Below are positions 14,850 to 27,528 of a stretch of 64,000 bases of DNA, in pieces (position 1 is the first letter of the stretch; every line of letters starts with the position of its first letter). Made by a program: the position numbers and the translations under genes. The stretch spans positions 7,626,001 through 7,690,000 of the forward strand of contig JBHGNT010000012.1 of assembly GCA_043228905.1 (NCBI GenBank). Reading direction: 5' to 3'. The notes under the pieces are model-generated. The model saw only the letters and a list, made by a program, of their open reading frames with translations. It ran no database searches and had not been told where the DNA came from. This DNA comes from Azolla caroliniana. Its lineage: Eukaryota > Plantae > Polypodiophyta.

Positions 14850-17800
14850 GGGACAGTACCTTGTACGTCGAATCCACAACCGACCCTTGCTATTCTTCGT
14901 CCAAAATGTCCAGAATGCTTTGTTCGAGAGGCTCCAATGGTTCATCTGGAAGTGGTTGTTGTTGTTGCTACTGTTGTTGCTCTGTTGCTGTCTGCTGCGG
15001 CGAGTCCGTTGGTGGTTGTTGCGGCTGCTCCTCCGTTTGTGGCTCTGACACCGGCGTCTCCGTCGTTGCTCCCTGCGTCGTAGTGGTCTTCGGTTGACTG
15101 GTTCCCGGCTGGCCCTCAGCCTGCGACGGTTCCTCATCACTAAGGTTAACCGTTGTCGCTTCCCGTGCTTTTTCTTCCCGCACCCGGGACCGCTCGTAGC
15201 TTTCAAACTGGATTTGAGCGTCTAGCCTATCATCGTCCAGCTGAGCTACAAGCTGCCTGACCTGCGCCAGCTGTTCATCTGCCAGGACTTGGAAGTCGTC
15301 GGCCAGCTCGTCCTGTATGGCGGTGAAGTCCTCAGAAGTCAACGTATAACAGTCATCTCCTTCCTTCCGCCGATTTGCCACATCCGCCCGTAGCAACTGG
15401 AGTTCCGCCGCGTTTTGTGCCCACTTTGTCCACCATTTTACGGAGCTTTCATCAATCAAGTGTTTCGTCTTATTCAGCCATGCCCGGAGGATGGACTGAA
15501 TCCGGCTCGTTCCCAATTGCGATTTGGTTTCCGCCGCTTGCCGTTCCTCCTTCAGTTGTTTGATGATTTTGACGTTGTCCTCCGCCTGCGCCTTGTAATG
15601 CGTCAATTGCCTTTGATATGTGCTTTGTAATTTTTGCAATACTGTTGACGCTCTCTCTTTGTCTTCCTGCTGCTGCCTCTGGAGCTCCATCTGGACCTTC
15701 TCCGCCTCTTCCAAGCGTCTTGTATTTTCCACCCGTTCGTCGGTGATCGCCGTCGCGGCCCGATCAACTGCCGCTGGAGCTCGGCCATCCGTTCTTTATG
15801 CTCCGTTTCCAGCCGTTTGTAGTCCCGGTGCAGGTGCTCAAAATCATCCGTCTTTTTCTTGAGCCGTGCGTTGATCTGACGACGGGCCCGGTCCTCGTGG
15901 TCCTTCTGCTGGCGGAGCTCTTCCTTTGGCCGTTCAATCTCTGTTTCCGCCGTTTTTCGCAGCTTGTCCTTTTCCTGCAACACTTTGTCTTTCTCCTCCT
16001 TTAGCCGGTCGTACGCTTGATGGCCTTTCTGGAGGCTCTCCTCTGCCCGGCGGAGGTTCTCAGCAGTCTTCTTTAATTCGGCTTCGGCCGCCGTCTTCAA
16101 TTCTCGTTCACGGCTCCTTAGCACTTCTTGTGCGGCAAGTTCCTCTCTCAATTCCGCAAGCTCTTGAGCTTGCGCCGCATCTCTCGCCGGAACGGTTTCC
16201 GTTGCCGGGGTCTTATTGCTATGTACAGGTCGTTCCGTTTCTTTATTCTGTACACTTACCGGAGTCACCGGTGATTGGATCCGTATTTTGGCCATCTCTG
16301 TCGTGACCTGATCCAAGTCTTTTTCAAGGCACCGGATTCTGGACCGGGCCGTCTCTAGTTGTTCGGTTGTGACGAGCAACCGTTCGCTTTGCACTCTTTC
16401 TTCCGCCTCTATATACCCCACTGCTCCGGCTATCTGTTCGCCTATCCACCGGAGCCACAGGCTACCGGTGCCTTGTTGTGCTTGCACGGAGGTTTGACAG
16501 ATGGGCTCACTTGTAGAGGGGTGGTCCCGCCTGGTTGCGCCAAGTTGCAGTTCCGTTTCTGCCTGTGGACCATCCTACTGTCCTGGTTCCCCTTGCGCTT
16601 CTTCTTGGCTGACCGAGGGAGGCTGCAGTGACCTTTCCGACTCTGGCGGGATGGGACTTGCCGGTGTTGCCGGTGGTGCCGGGGCTTCTGTTTCTGGTGC
16701 CATCTGCACCGGTTCCGGTTCCTTCCTTGGCGTGGGAGTCTCAGTATGGGGAGCCGGTGTTCCCTCTGTCTGAGGGTCCGAACGTTTCACGACTGTCTCA
16801 ACGGTCCTTGCCGACGACCGTCACTGGAGGTGCTCCGTAGGCTCCTCCTCTATTTCCTCCTCCTGAGCTCCGGCATTGAGTTTTGCCGCCAAGGGGTCCA
16901 CTTCTCGATTCACCAGTCGGCGGAGTGTGACCTTTACGGGCCGTGCCAGTGGTTCCTCCTGCGCCTCCGTTGGGCACTTCCGGCTGTCACTTCCTGCTGC
17001 CGCATGTTCTGCATCCGCCACCTTTCCCTTACTGGCCTTAGAGGCCAACAACTGTTGCCATTTGGAAGTCGTCCTTGGGGTGTCGTCCGCCACTCTTCCT
17101 CGCTTCTTGGGCTGGACGGTCTGAACGGGTGGCACCAACAAGATGAGCCACTGCGTTACGGCGTGCCATATCCTTCGTCCGTCTCGGCCTTCTTTGCCGT
17201 CTTTGCCTCTGACGATCTCGATCGCCGCACACAACCCGTCTGCGATCAATACCGGCCAATCCACCTTGATCCCTTCATAGGTGGCGATGATCATCCCTGC
17301 CCGGTTCTGCGGCATGACAGGGGGTCTAGGGTACACGTGGTCGTATTCATGGAGCACACGAGCAATTTCGCGGAACAACATATCTCCGCCGCCCTGTGTC
17401 CGGTAGCCCTTGATGGCTAGAGAGTACTCACCAAAATACCTAATGAGTTGCTCCGGGGTTGGATTGTCGATCGTGAGTATGCCTCCCTCCGGAAGGCCTA
17501 TTAACGCTCGAATCGCCTCTGCCGTTATGACCTCTGTATCGATTTCCTTGATCACTTTGTCGGCTTCTTTGTGTGGCGGTACTTCCATCATCATCAAGAA
17601 GCCCTCGAGCCCGTGTTGCTTCAGCCATGTCTTGGCGGCTTCCGACAGTGTTTGCGGGTCCATTTCTGTGTCGGGGTCGGATTGCGGTGGCGAGGATGGA
17701 TGGTGATGAGAGTGGGGTTGAGAAAGAGAGAGTTCAGAAGGCGGGGGTTCTCTGTGCGCAGGTTCTCGTCTGATGATCTTGCAGCGTCTTGGTGCTTCTG

Positions 17801-17906
17801 TGCTCCTGGGTTCGCGAAAGTAGAGGGTCTCTACGCGCAGTGGTTTTTGTCTGTGCATTCTGGCGCCCTTTTCGAGTGTGTGCATGTCGCGTACATAAAA
17901 TAGCAT
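14850..17906 (-). pseudogene. Additional sense-strand ORF 3' of integrase (~900 aa: globular N-terminal part, Pro/Glu-rich linker, long coiled coil)
   Basis: ORFs 16821-17906, 16575-16790 and 15603-16487 share one frame, separated by single TGA/TAG stops. One frameshift near 15750 leads into 14968-15732. Likely start MDPQTLSE (~17663). Confidence 0.75.
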
Positions 17907-18030
17907 TATGTCCTGTGGTGGCGCTTTAAATGCCCACTACGTACCTTTTCGCTCCTCGCCCTTTCCTCCATTCATTCCTCGCTTTTGCATGATTGTTTTT
18001 TTTCCAGTTATTATTATTATTATTGTGACG

Positions 18031-21000
18031 TCACTTGTTCGTTGGTCCTCTCGGACCCTTACCGACGTCGTTCTCCCCAGTTACCGGCTCGCCTTCTCTG
18101 CCGTCTTGGTGGTTGTTGTTGCCCTCACTGGTGTCGGTCCTCTGCTCAAATGGGTTCTTAGGCATCGGTCCTCTATATGCCTTTAACCGGAATCTGTTGA
18201 CCCATTTGCCTAGCACTTCGCCGGCAAGTGTCCCCAACTGGTAGGACCCATTATACTCCCGTGTTAGCCAATATGGTCCGGTCCATCTAAACCTTAGTTT
18301 ACCCGGCATCTTGCCCATCCGGGTTTGGAATACTAACACCAGTTTGCCGATTGAGAACATTTTTTCGTTACCTTTCCTATGCCGGTCGACGAATGCTTTC
18401 CGTCGCCGTTGCTCCAATTCTAAATGTAGGATGCTAGCCAACCGTTGTTCCTCCAGCTCACACAGCGCTGTCAACCTTATTGTCTCCGACTCCTTCTCGT
18501 TCAACCGTTCTCGTAGCTGGATCCGTAAGCTAGGTACTTGGAATTCTACCAGCATGACCGCCTCGAGTCCGAATGCCAACCGGAACGGTGTTGTTCGGAT
18601 GCTCGTTTTGTATGCCGTCCGGTATGCCCAAAGCGCGCTATGTAGCTTTGTGTCCCAATCCGTCTGGTTCTCGTTGACAATCTTCCGAAGGATATTCTGG
18701 AGCGTCTTGTTTGTTGATTCCGCTAATCCGTTCGCCTGTGGATAGTAAGGTGTGCTTCGTTTGTGGACCACGGCATAGAAGGTCGTTAGGCTTTCCACTA
18801 CTTGTCCGAGAAAGTGCCCCCCTTGGTCACTTATCTATTCAATGGGGCATCCGTAACGGCACCAGATGTACTCATATAGAAACTTTGCAGTTGACGCAGC
18901 GGTGTTATCCTGTAAAGCTTTGGCCTCCACCCATTTCGTGCAGTAATCCGTAGCAACGATAACGTACCGATTACCCGTTCTCATTGCCGGTGGCTTGAAC
19001 TGTCCTACAAAGTCCAGCCCCCACTTTTGGAATGGCTCGAGTGCTAGTACCAGTTGGTGTGGCATACAAGCCTGCTCCGTTGGCTAGCCCATTCTCTAGC
19101 ATAGGTCACATTCTTTTGCGTACCGTACCGCATCTCTTAATGTCGTTGGCCACCATAGGCCACTTTGCCATATTTTTCTGGCCGTCGCATCTCCGGCATA
19201 GTGACCTCCGGCAACTCCGCAGTGGGCTTCCCTCAGTATCAGTTCCTTTTCATCGCTGCGCACCGCCCGTCTCCATATGCCGTCAGCGCCCTTGTGGTAC
19301 AGTGTGTCTTGCAGTAAGCAGAAATGTCGGCTTTGTACCGCCAGGCGTTTCCGTTCGTCCCGGTTCAGCTCTTCCGGAGGCAATCCTGTGCTCAGAAACT
19401 GGTGCATATTTGTGAGCCACTTGTCTTCCTGGGCCACTGTCTCATCTGTTGCCGTCTCCGTAGTGACTCGAAACAGCTCCGCATTCGGAAACTCATCCGG
19501 TACTCCGTCACCCGTCTCTCCGGACTCCAATCGGCTTAAGTAATCCGCTACGGCATGCTGTATACCGGGTCGGTGGAATATTTCAAACTCGAACTCCTGT
19601 AACAATAAGGTCCACCGGGCCAATTTGCCGGTGAGTGACGCCTTGGACACTAGGTAAAGGAGTGCCGAATGATCTACATGGAAGGAAAACTTCCTTCCCA
19701 ATAAATAGTGCCGAAACTTTGTCACACTGTAGATCATCCCTAGAGCTTCCCGTTCCGTAGTAGAGTAGTTCCGCTCTGCTTGGGATAGCTTCCGGCTGGC
19801 ATAGTACACTAGCCGGTATCACTTTGGTTCCGTAAGCTGCATCAGTACGCTTCCGATTGCGATGTCGGAGGCGTCCACGAACACGTGAAATTCTTTACTC
19901 CAATCCGGAGGCTGCACTACCGGTGCCTGCGACAATAGTACCTTGAGGGCCTTATACGCCCCATCCTCAGTGTCGGTCCACTGGAATGGTGTCCGATGTA
20001 CGACGGCATGCAACGGTGTAGCCAGGTCGGCCAAGTATCGGAGCATCCGGCTGTGCCACCGGATCTGGCCTAAGAACCGGCTAGCCTTCGCCGTTACCGG
20101 CGCCGGTGCTTCTAATATGGCTTTCACTTTGTCCGGGTCGACTGCAATACCTTCCTGGCTCACAATATGTCCTAATAAGGTTCCACTGGACACGCCAAAT
20201 ACACACTTTGCCGGATTCAAGCTTAGCCGGTACGCTCTACACTTTTCTAGACAAAGACGGAGGTGCTGAAAATGGTCCTCCTCCCGGCTATAGACGGCGA
20301 AATCGTCAAGGAAAACCTGCATAAAAGCCGGAATATATTCACCAAAGATTTCCATGATGATTCGTTGAAATGTTGCCAGTGCCGTTTTGAGTCCGAACAT
20401 CATCACCACGGCCACAAACACCCCCCATTCGGTGACGAATGCCGTTTTCTCTTGGTCGTCGGGGTGCATCCGGATCTGATTATACCCGCTGAATCCGTCT
20501 AGGAAGCTATAGACCTCGTGGCCGGCGACGGCATCCAACACTCCATCTGTGAACGGAAGTGGAAACGCATCCGTTACCGTAGCTGCATTGAGTTTCCGGT
20601 AGTCCACGCAAACTCGAATTTTTCCGTTCTTCTTTGGTACGACTACGATCGGGCTCAGCCATGTCGCTTTCTTTACCGGACGGATAAAGCCAACTCTTAG
20701 CAGTTTGTCGATTTCTTCCTTGACCTTGGCAGCATAATTGGGATTCATCCCGTACCGTCTTTGTGCCACTGGTTTTGCGTCCTTGCTCAAGTGCACTTGA
20801 TGTTGGTATAACTGAGGGTCGAGTCCTCGCATATCTTCGTATGACCAGGTGAACACATCCCGGAATTCCGTGAGAAGTGTTATCATCGCCGTTTTGTCTT
20901 CGGACTTCATCTCCTTGGCGATGTGCACCGGTTTTGCTTCGTCTGTGGTGCCTAAATTCACCTCTTCCAGTTGTGATGCTTTTACGTGCTGTGAAACGGC

Positions 21001-22973
21001 CATTTCCCGTTCCAACGCTTCCTGCGCTTGCCGTAACTCCCGGATTGCGTCTTTATCCGGTTCTGCTTCCGCCTCTTCCGGTTGCGGTAAGTACGGTGCT
21101 ACGGCTTCGGCAATGTCAATCTCGAAGAGGGGTATGATCTTCGGGTTTTCCTACAGGTATTGAGCTTCTTCTTCGTCTGCTAACCCTTCTAGCATGTTGA
21201 CGCATTTCGCATACAACGGTGTACATTCCTTGCCAGTGCTCGTCCTTGGCTGTGTTGGTACCCGTACCTTGGCTTTTCCACGCCGGAAGGTAATTATATT
21301 TTTTCGCCAATTCTGTTTGATATGTGCCATTTTCAACCATGGCCGCCCCAGCAATAGCGGGTATGCGCCTTGTGCCTGTAATTGTAGCACTACGGCTGAG
21401 ATGTGAAATGTATGCCCGCCGACAGTGACTTCTAATTTCCGTATTAATCCTGTCGGCCGCACTGAGCTTGTATCGGCCATCCGCAACCAGAACGGACACG
21501 GCTCCCACTCGTGGATTCCTAGGTCCTCACACGTCCGGAGGCTTATTACATTTACCCCAGAGCCTCCGTCTATAACTGTGTCGGGGAGTTCTTTCCCTTT
21601 TACAATGGCAGTGATTACTGGACTGCTAGTGTCTACCACCGTTGGTCCCTCCTCTGGATTCGAGAAGAGTACCAGTGCCGGTGATGGTTCTCCTGCCGTC
21701 ATGGCCGTCTTCAGTCCTTCCGTGAATCTTGGCACGAGTTGTAGAAGTCTTCCTAGTGGTAACGTAATCTGGCATTCTTGCAACGCCTGCCATGTCTCGT
21801 TCTCGGAGTGACTACCGCCGGCAAGCCCTGCGGTGTTCTCCTTTACTGCTGTAAGTCTGTGACATTCTGCTCGTTTGCTTTCTTTACCCATTCCGTTGCT
21901 TGTTTCCGGATGGTCTCCTGTGTCTCCCATTCTTTGGCCATGCCCTTCGACCTTGTGGTCACCTGCTGCAGGTCTGCCACCTCAGGGACTACCATATTTA
22001 CCGCCGGTCGTTTTTCATAGCTCTTCACCGGGCATTGGTTACTATAATTGCCTTCCTGTCGGTAGTAGTAGCAGTAGGCTTTCCGGGCATTGCTAGATTC
22101 GGCATTGTCTGTTGTACCCAGGGCAGGTCCTATGGTACGCGCGGGGTTTTGTACCAGTTGGCTACTTGGAGCTCCTTGTTCCAGATCTCGGGGGTAGCCT
22201 CCTTTTTTAAAATGCCGTTTTTTGTTATAGCTCTTCTTATTACGGTACTCTTGACGGGGTTGCCCGTTATATCTGCCGTATTCCTCCCATTGCTGACGAT
22301 ACCCGGGGGAGTGCTCCCGGTCGTACTGTTCGTATCGTCTATTGTAATCCTGGTACCGATCATGCCGGTCGTAGTTATCTCGCCGATCACCGTACCAGAC
22401 ATCATTTTCCCGTCGCTCGCCATACCGGACATCCTGTGCCGGTCGGTCACGGTCCATTCGCCGCCAGCGTTCGTCTTCTTCATCCCGGCTGCTGCGTGGC
22501 TCAATTTGTCGGACGGGCGGTGCTTGCCGATTCAACAGATTATACTCGCACCTATTCGTCGTATGGCTCTTGGATTGACAGATTACACATTGCGTCCTCA
22601 TAGTGCATTCTAGAGCCGAGTGTCCGAAATTCAAGCAGGTTGTGCACTGTATTGCTTGCCGAAACCGGAGGTCTTCATCGGACGGTAACGCCCGTTGAAG
22701 TGCGCCCTATGTGAGCTAGGAGCTTGTCTTTTCCATCTCTTTCACCCGGTCAATGACCTGGTCGATGGTACTTGTGCAGAAATCGATTACCGTGCAAACC
22801 GTGCGTAGGGGTTCCCAGAGCGCGTTTAGGAATATCGTTCGTAATTCCTCCTCCGGGGGTGCACGGGCAAGCTGACTATGCATCCGTTGAAACCGGATGA
22901 CAAATTGGGGAATGCTCTCCCCTGCCTCTTGCCGGATGGTATAAAATAAGCCTACCATTACGGTCTGGTCCAC
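18031..22973 (-). pseudogene. Gypsy gag C-terminus (Zn knuckles) and pol (protease, RT, RNase H, integrase), with stops and frameshifts
   Basis: CVICQSKSHTTNRC knuckle; protease VIDGGSGVNVI; RT CVDYRKLN, LDGFSGYNQI, FLDDF; RNase H VDASD...YSTTEREALG...DHSAL; integrase HCGVAGGH...CDLC, WGLDFVG, YYPQANGLAESTN, FRWTGPY. Confidence 0.95.
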
Positions 22974-23010
22974 AACACCGGGTCATTTGAAACAGGTAAT
23001 ATGTCGTATT
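22974..23010 (+). repeat. Left terminal inverted repeat
   Basis: 33-bp perfect match, ~37 bp with 1 mismatch, to the reverse complement of 30492-30528. Confidence 0.95.
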
Positions 23011-23736
23011 CTCTTTTGGCATAGTTGGCCAGATGTAGAAAAGTACCCTATTTTAGCCTGATATCGAAAATATACGATGCATGCGTACCCCTTTTGCGAC
23101 TTGATGGTTAAATATAGAACAAAAAAAACCTAGCAATTACTAAATTGTATATGTGTCCACATTCGTGTCAATTTGCATATCATGGAGCACAATTGAAGAC
23201 TTGGTTCAATATAAAGTTCTAAAATTGGTATCCATATTCAAATTGTAGAGTAAAACTACATAAACCGTAATTATAAATATGTGGTTTTGGGTTTAGGAAT
23301 AAAGTAGTACCCCACTTGTTGGACGGGTATATCGATAGTTTCATTGTATAATGTCATATAGTTCATGACAATGTAATTGGTAAGAGTAACAATTACGTAC
23401 GACATTCATTTATACTATGTGGAACCAGTAGACTTGAACCGTAGGTAACTAAAAACCTCTTATTATCAAAAACATTCGCCTTTTCATATACAGTCATGCT
23501 AACGGAAATGAGAAATTACAATATCATGTTAATATCTCAAACTGAAGAAGAGCATAGTGACCAATTATATGTAAATACAAACAACGGTTCCAATAATGAT
23601 TAAAAAGGGAAATTATGAACAGGTGAATTTAATTAAACGATAAACAATTACAGATGTTCTCATATACAAATATAATATGAAGTGATGGTGAACATTATGC
23701 CTCAAAATCCTCAATTTTTACATTACGCCATCTACA

Positions 23737-26700
23737 TCAATCTATAAGCAAATCAGGCAGAGCAGGCTCCTCTGGCGCTGATTGTTCTAGACTGTTTTCA
23801 TTCGTGTCATCTCCAAGCTCTCCCGAATCTGATGTATGGTCAAATTGTGCTACATCTTCCAGGTCCACCAGCTCCCCTGCTTCTTCATCAATTGGTTCCA
23901 TTGGTTCTCGTGAAGTCATCTGGAACATCTCTGTCTCGTTGATGTGTTTTGCTCCGACTTCTTGATCCTGATCTGGACAGTCCAAGATTCCTGTGATCCT
24001 CATTTTGATGAAGTTAACTTGAGCAGGGTCCTTCTCCAATGCAACACAGTTTCTAAACATCTTCAATGCACAAGCTGTCGTTGTACCTAATGGTCGCATG
24101 AACACAAACAAGTATATATAAGAAGTAACGTCTTAAACTTGATAGACAAGATTGAAATTAAATATATATATTATACCTGTGCCAGAGAACAAGTCTAGGA
24201 CCCAATCATCTGGATTCAAGAAGAGCTCTATGAGGCGGTTGATCAATCTTTGAGGTTTTTGATAAGGGTTCACCATACTTTTATCCCCTGACACATGTCT
24301 TAATTTTTTGGTTATAGCTGGGCACATGATGTAGTTAACCACGTTACGCTCATTGACATGTGCTCTAGCCTTCTTCTTTGTAATTGAATCATAGTAGCCC
24401 ACACAAAAATGTTTGACCGCACTAACCATTCGATCGCCAGGGCTACGTGTAATATTTGTTTTGATCCTATAGAGAAAGAAAATCAAGTATTAGAGGTGTA
24501 AATGTGTACATATAATAAGAAGTACTATAATGAGTAAAAGCGAACTATAACGCACCAATGCATGTGTTCAGTGGCATGACAACGGGACTTCAAAGTTGTT
24601 GTGACTGACAGTGATTGCCCCATGCTATGAAATATGACTATCCTCCACAAGGGGGCCAATGTCAGTTCTGCGAAATCCTTTACCATTTTCTCGATCTGAG
24701 GGTACTTGAAAGGCACATCATCATATGTTGATCCCGCAATACGGAAACCATATGGTATGTCAGCTATCAACAAAGTGTAGTGCCTTCTCAATAACAGTTC
24801 GAGCATCTGGGATACTTCGCCATTGAAAACACTATAATGAAGCTGTTTGAAAGGATCGGACCTATGCAAAAAACTCTTTACAGTCTCCGAATCCTCGGGC
24901 AGTTCCATTTCCTTCCCTTTGGTCATTCTCTTCTCATATTTCGCACGTTCTAAGTGCGTGATGAAGGCCGCTGGAATACCGTCATTATTGTCGTTGTTCT
25001 TTTTCGATTTTGATGGTTTCTGCAAATGTCATTGTTGTTAGCAGGGAACATTACTTTCTAACATATCAACATTCAAAAGACACATACCCATTCTCTAAAT
25101 ACAATAAAATATTCCTCCAATGCCTTGTAGGAAGAAGTTATCGGGCAGGCTTGTTCAACTTCTTCCCATGTCGGTAAACTCAGTTTTTGCATCATCAACT
25201 CCTGAATCTTCATGTATACCTTGTGACTGCACAATCAATATGAAATTAGAAATAAGATATTCAAAATAATTGAAGACTTTCATGAAAAGGTATACTATAA
25301 ACACTTACTTTTGCAAGTCTGTTACCATCTCGTCCAAACTAAATTCCTTGGCGACCACTCGAGATAGCACCGATATTAACAATCTATCATCTTTGATACC
25401 TTGTAATGATCTCCAAGGTAAAAGTTTCATGTCCTCTGGTAACTCCTCGATTACCAAGTCGCTTTTTCCCTTGGTCTTTGATTTCATCTCAACTTGTGGA
25501 TCAATTCTTCCCTTTTTTTATCTTTGCCCCTTGACTTCTTTCCGCTCCCACATAGAGAATATTTTGTCTTGGAGATCCCACACCTCTCCGGTCCAAAAAG
25601 CTAGTTGAAACCAAGAATCATATTTTCGAAGACCTTCGGATTTCGTACTCTCATCCACTGCAATCCCTACTTCCAATAAACACTGACGTCGCAATCCAGG
25701 CCACAATCTTGGACCAAAACGATTCAAGGCATCGAGGTATTCATGACATCTTTTGCCTATAATCGTTGTCATTGTTATGGTCCCATGCGAGCAGCTTCGC
25801 CTCCTCGTGAGTTAGTCCTGCATATACCTTACATTCGGCGTATTTGAAGAACAGCGTGAGAGGATATTCTTTGACAAGCTGTCGTCGAGCTTCGGCCGAA
25901 TGTGATCCTCCGATTACATAGTATGTGTAATCGTCTGCAGAGCTATACTTGAAATCTGCTACTGTTGGGCATTGTTCTTGATCAACCATTACCAAAAATG
26001 GCACCACAGTAGTGTGAGGATTGATTTTCATTTTGCTTTTTAGGTTTTGCACATGGACAGAGTGCGGCTCCCTAATTTCCAAGGGACGTCTTCCAGTCAC
26101 GGGGTCAATGGGGGGCCTTTGGATAGAAGTAATGGGCAAATGAAATAGCTGGCCCCTGCGCACAAGTTTAGTCTTCACAATATTTTCTCTTATTTTATTT
26201 TGTTATGACGTCAGGACACCAGAAGATAGTTGTCCGCCTGGAGCCACAACATCGACTTGTTGGTCGTCTTCTTCTTCCACGAACTCTAATATTTCTTCTT
26301 CTTCTTCTTCGGGTCGTGGTCGTTTAGTATATTTCTTTTGAACAGGATTTGTCTTCCTAGACTTTTTCGGTGGAGTTTCTGCTTCATCTCTCCTGTCACA
26401 TACGGCCGAAGAGCTACCAACAAGTTATTTTTCGTTTGCAGGTCTTTACGCAAAGCCTTGGGATTGCAAGATTCGGGTACTAAGTTTCCCTCATCAAGTC
26501 GCAATCGCCTGTCGCCAACTGAGCTCGAGACGTCGATTAAAATACATGTAGAATCAATGTCTTCGTACTCTAGCTTGGTTACATGCCCGTAATTAAATGT
26601 TTTTCCAAGCTGAAGTTTCCCTTCCCCGTCCGATTTTGCCGTTATCAATAACAACACCCCATCCTCCTCGACATAAGAGAGACACCATTCAAGTTCGGGG

Positions 26701-27231
26701 TAATCCTTATATTTCACCTCAACCGTTTTCTCCTCTTGCGTACAACCTTTGTTGATTTTGGTAGTAGCCACAGATGACTTGGATCCTCCTTCCCCCGTTG
26801 AGTCAAATAAATTCTTTTTACTCGTGTCCTTCATGAAGGAGCCAGAATCTCGTTTTGTCGGAGATCGAATCTTCAATCTAAATGAAGGAACTTTTTGTCT
26901 GGGTTCACTGAAATTAAAAACGTTGGTGAAAACATAGAAACAACGTACAATTTCATCTAAATCACGCAAATTATCATTTAAATTACGTCAATTTTATGGT
27001 TCCATGCGATAGTTTTTTATCGCAAAAACAACATTTTTTTCAACCAAAATCCGATACACTGCACCGGATTTTGGTTGAAGGTCCTGGCTTTCAGAATTGC
27101 TTTCCAAGTTCGTTGTACAAAATAAAATAAAATTTCTATGTGTTGAGGAAAGGAATCTTTAAGGAATCTTTAGGAATCTTAAAAAATGTAATGAATATTA
27201 CTAACCTGACGATTTTCTTTCCCTTGTTCAT
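23737..27231 (-). pseudogene. Spliced cargo gene: ParB/Srx-like domain + beta-class N6-adenine/N4-cytosine DNA methyltransferase (5' half damaged, MTase exons open)
   Basis: Four frame-preserving GT-AG introns: 25227-25308, 25020-25087, 24467-24555, 24087-24176. Motif IV-like LLIADIPYG (DIPY at 24750-24761), NPYQKPQRLINRLIELF, and SAM-binding WVLDLFSGTG|TTTACALKMFRNCVALEKD. Upstream ParB-like YYVIGGSHSAEARRQL...LLAWDHNN (25741-26178). Lesions: frameshifts at ~26310 and ~25745, TAA at 26203-26205 and 25518-25520. The 5' exons and start (ATG 27231) are uncertain. Confidence 0.85.
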
Positions 27232-27528
27232 GGTTCGTGCCGGAGGTAGTGCTGTCCACAATGTGCTTCTGAGTGCTCGAAAATTGGCCTGTGCTCTAAG
27301 CTCAATGGATTCTTTCACGTGATAATGAAAATGAAATTTCTAACCTCCTTATATAGAAGACTTTAGCATTCTTTTTAAAATAAAAAATAATTTTTAATTA
27401 TTTGTTTTTTAGGAAAATTTCGGAAAATAATATAGTTAATCTAAGTGTTCGGGTAGTTATATAGTTAGGCTTTAGCATTCCTTAATTTTCTCAAAAGAAG
27501 GTTTTAGAATACAGTTAGAGTCCCTCAA

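Noticed and set aside
15375-22613. Numerous plus-strand ORFs over the Gypsy element (likewise 59286-61893 over the Copia)
   Set aside because: Antisense shadows of GC-rich retroelement coding sequence.
23737-26178. Bacterial contamination as the source of the MTase
   Set aside because: It has four spliceosomal introns and lies within TIRs nested in a plant retrotransposon with exact TSDs.
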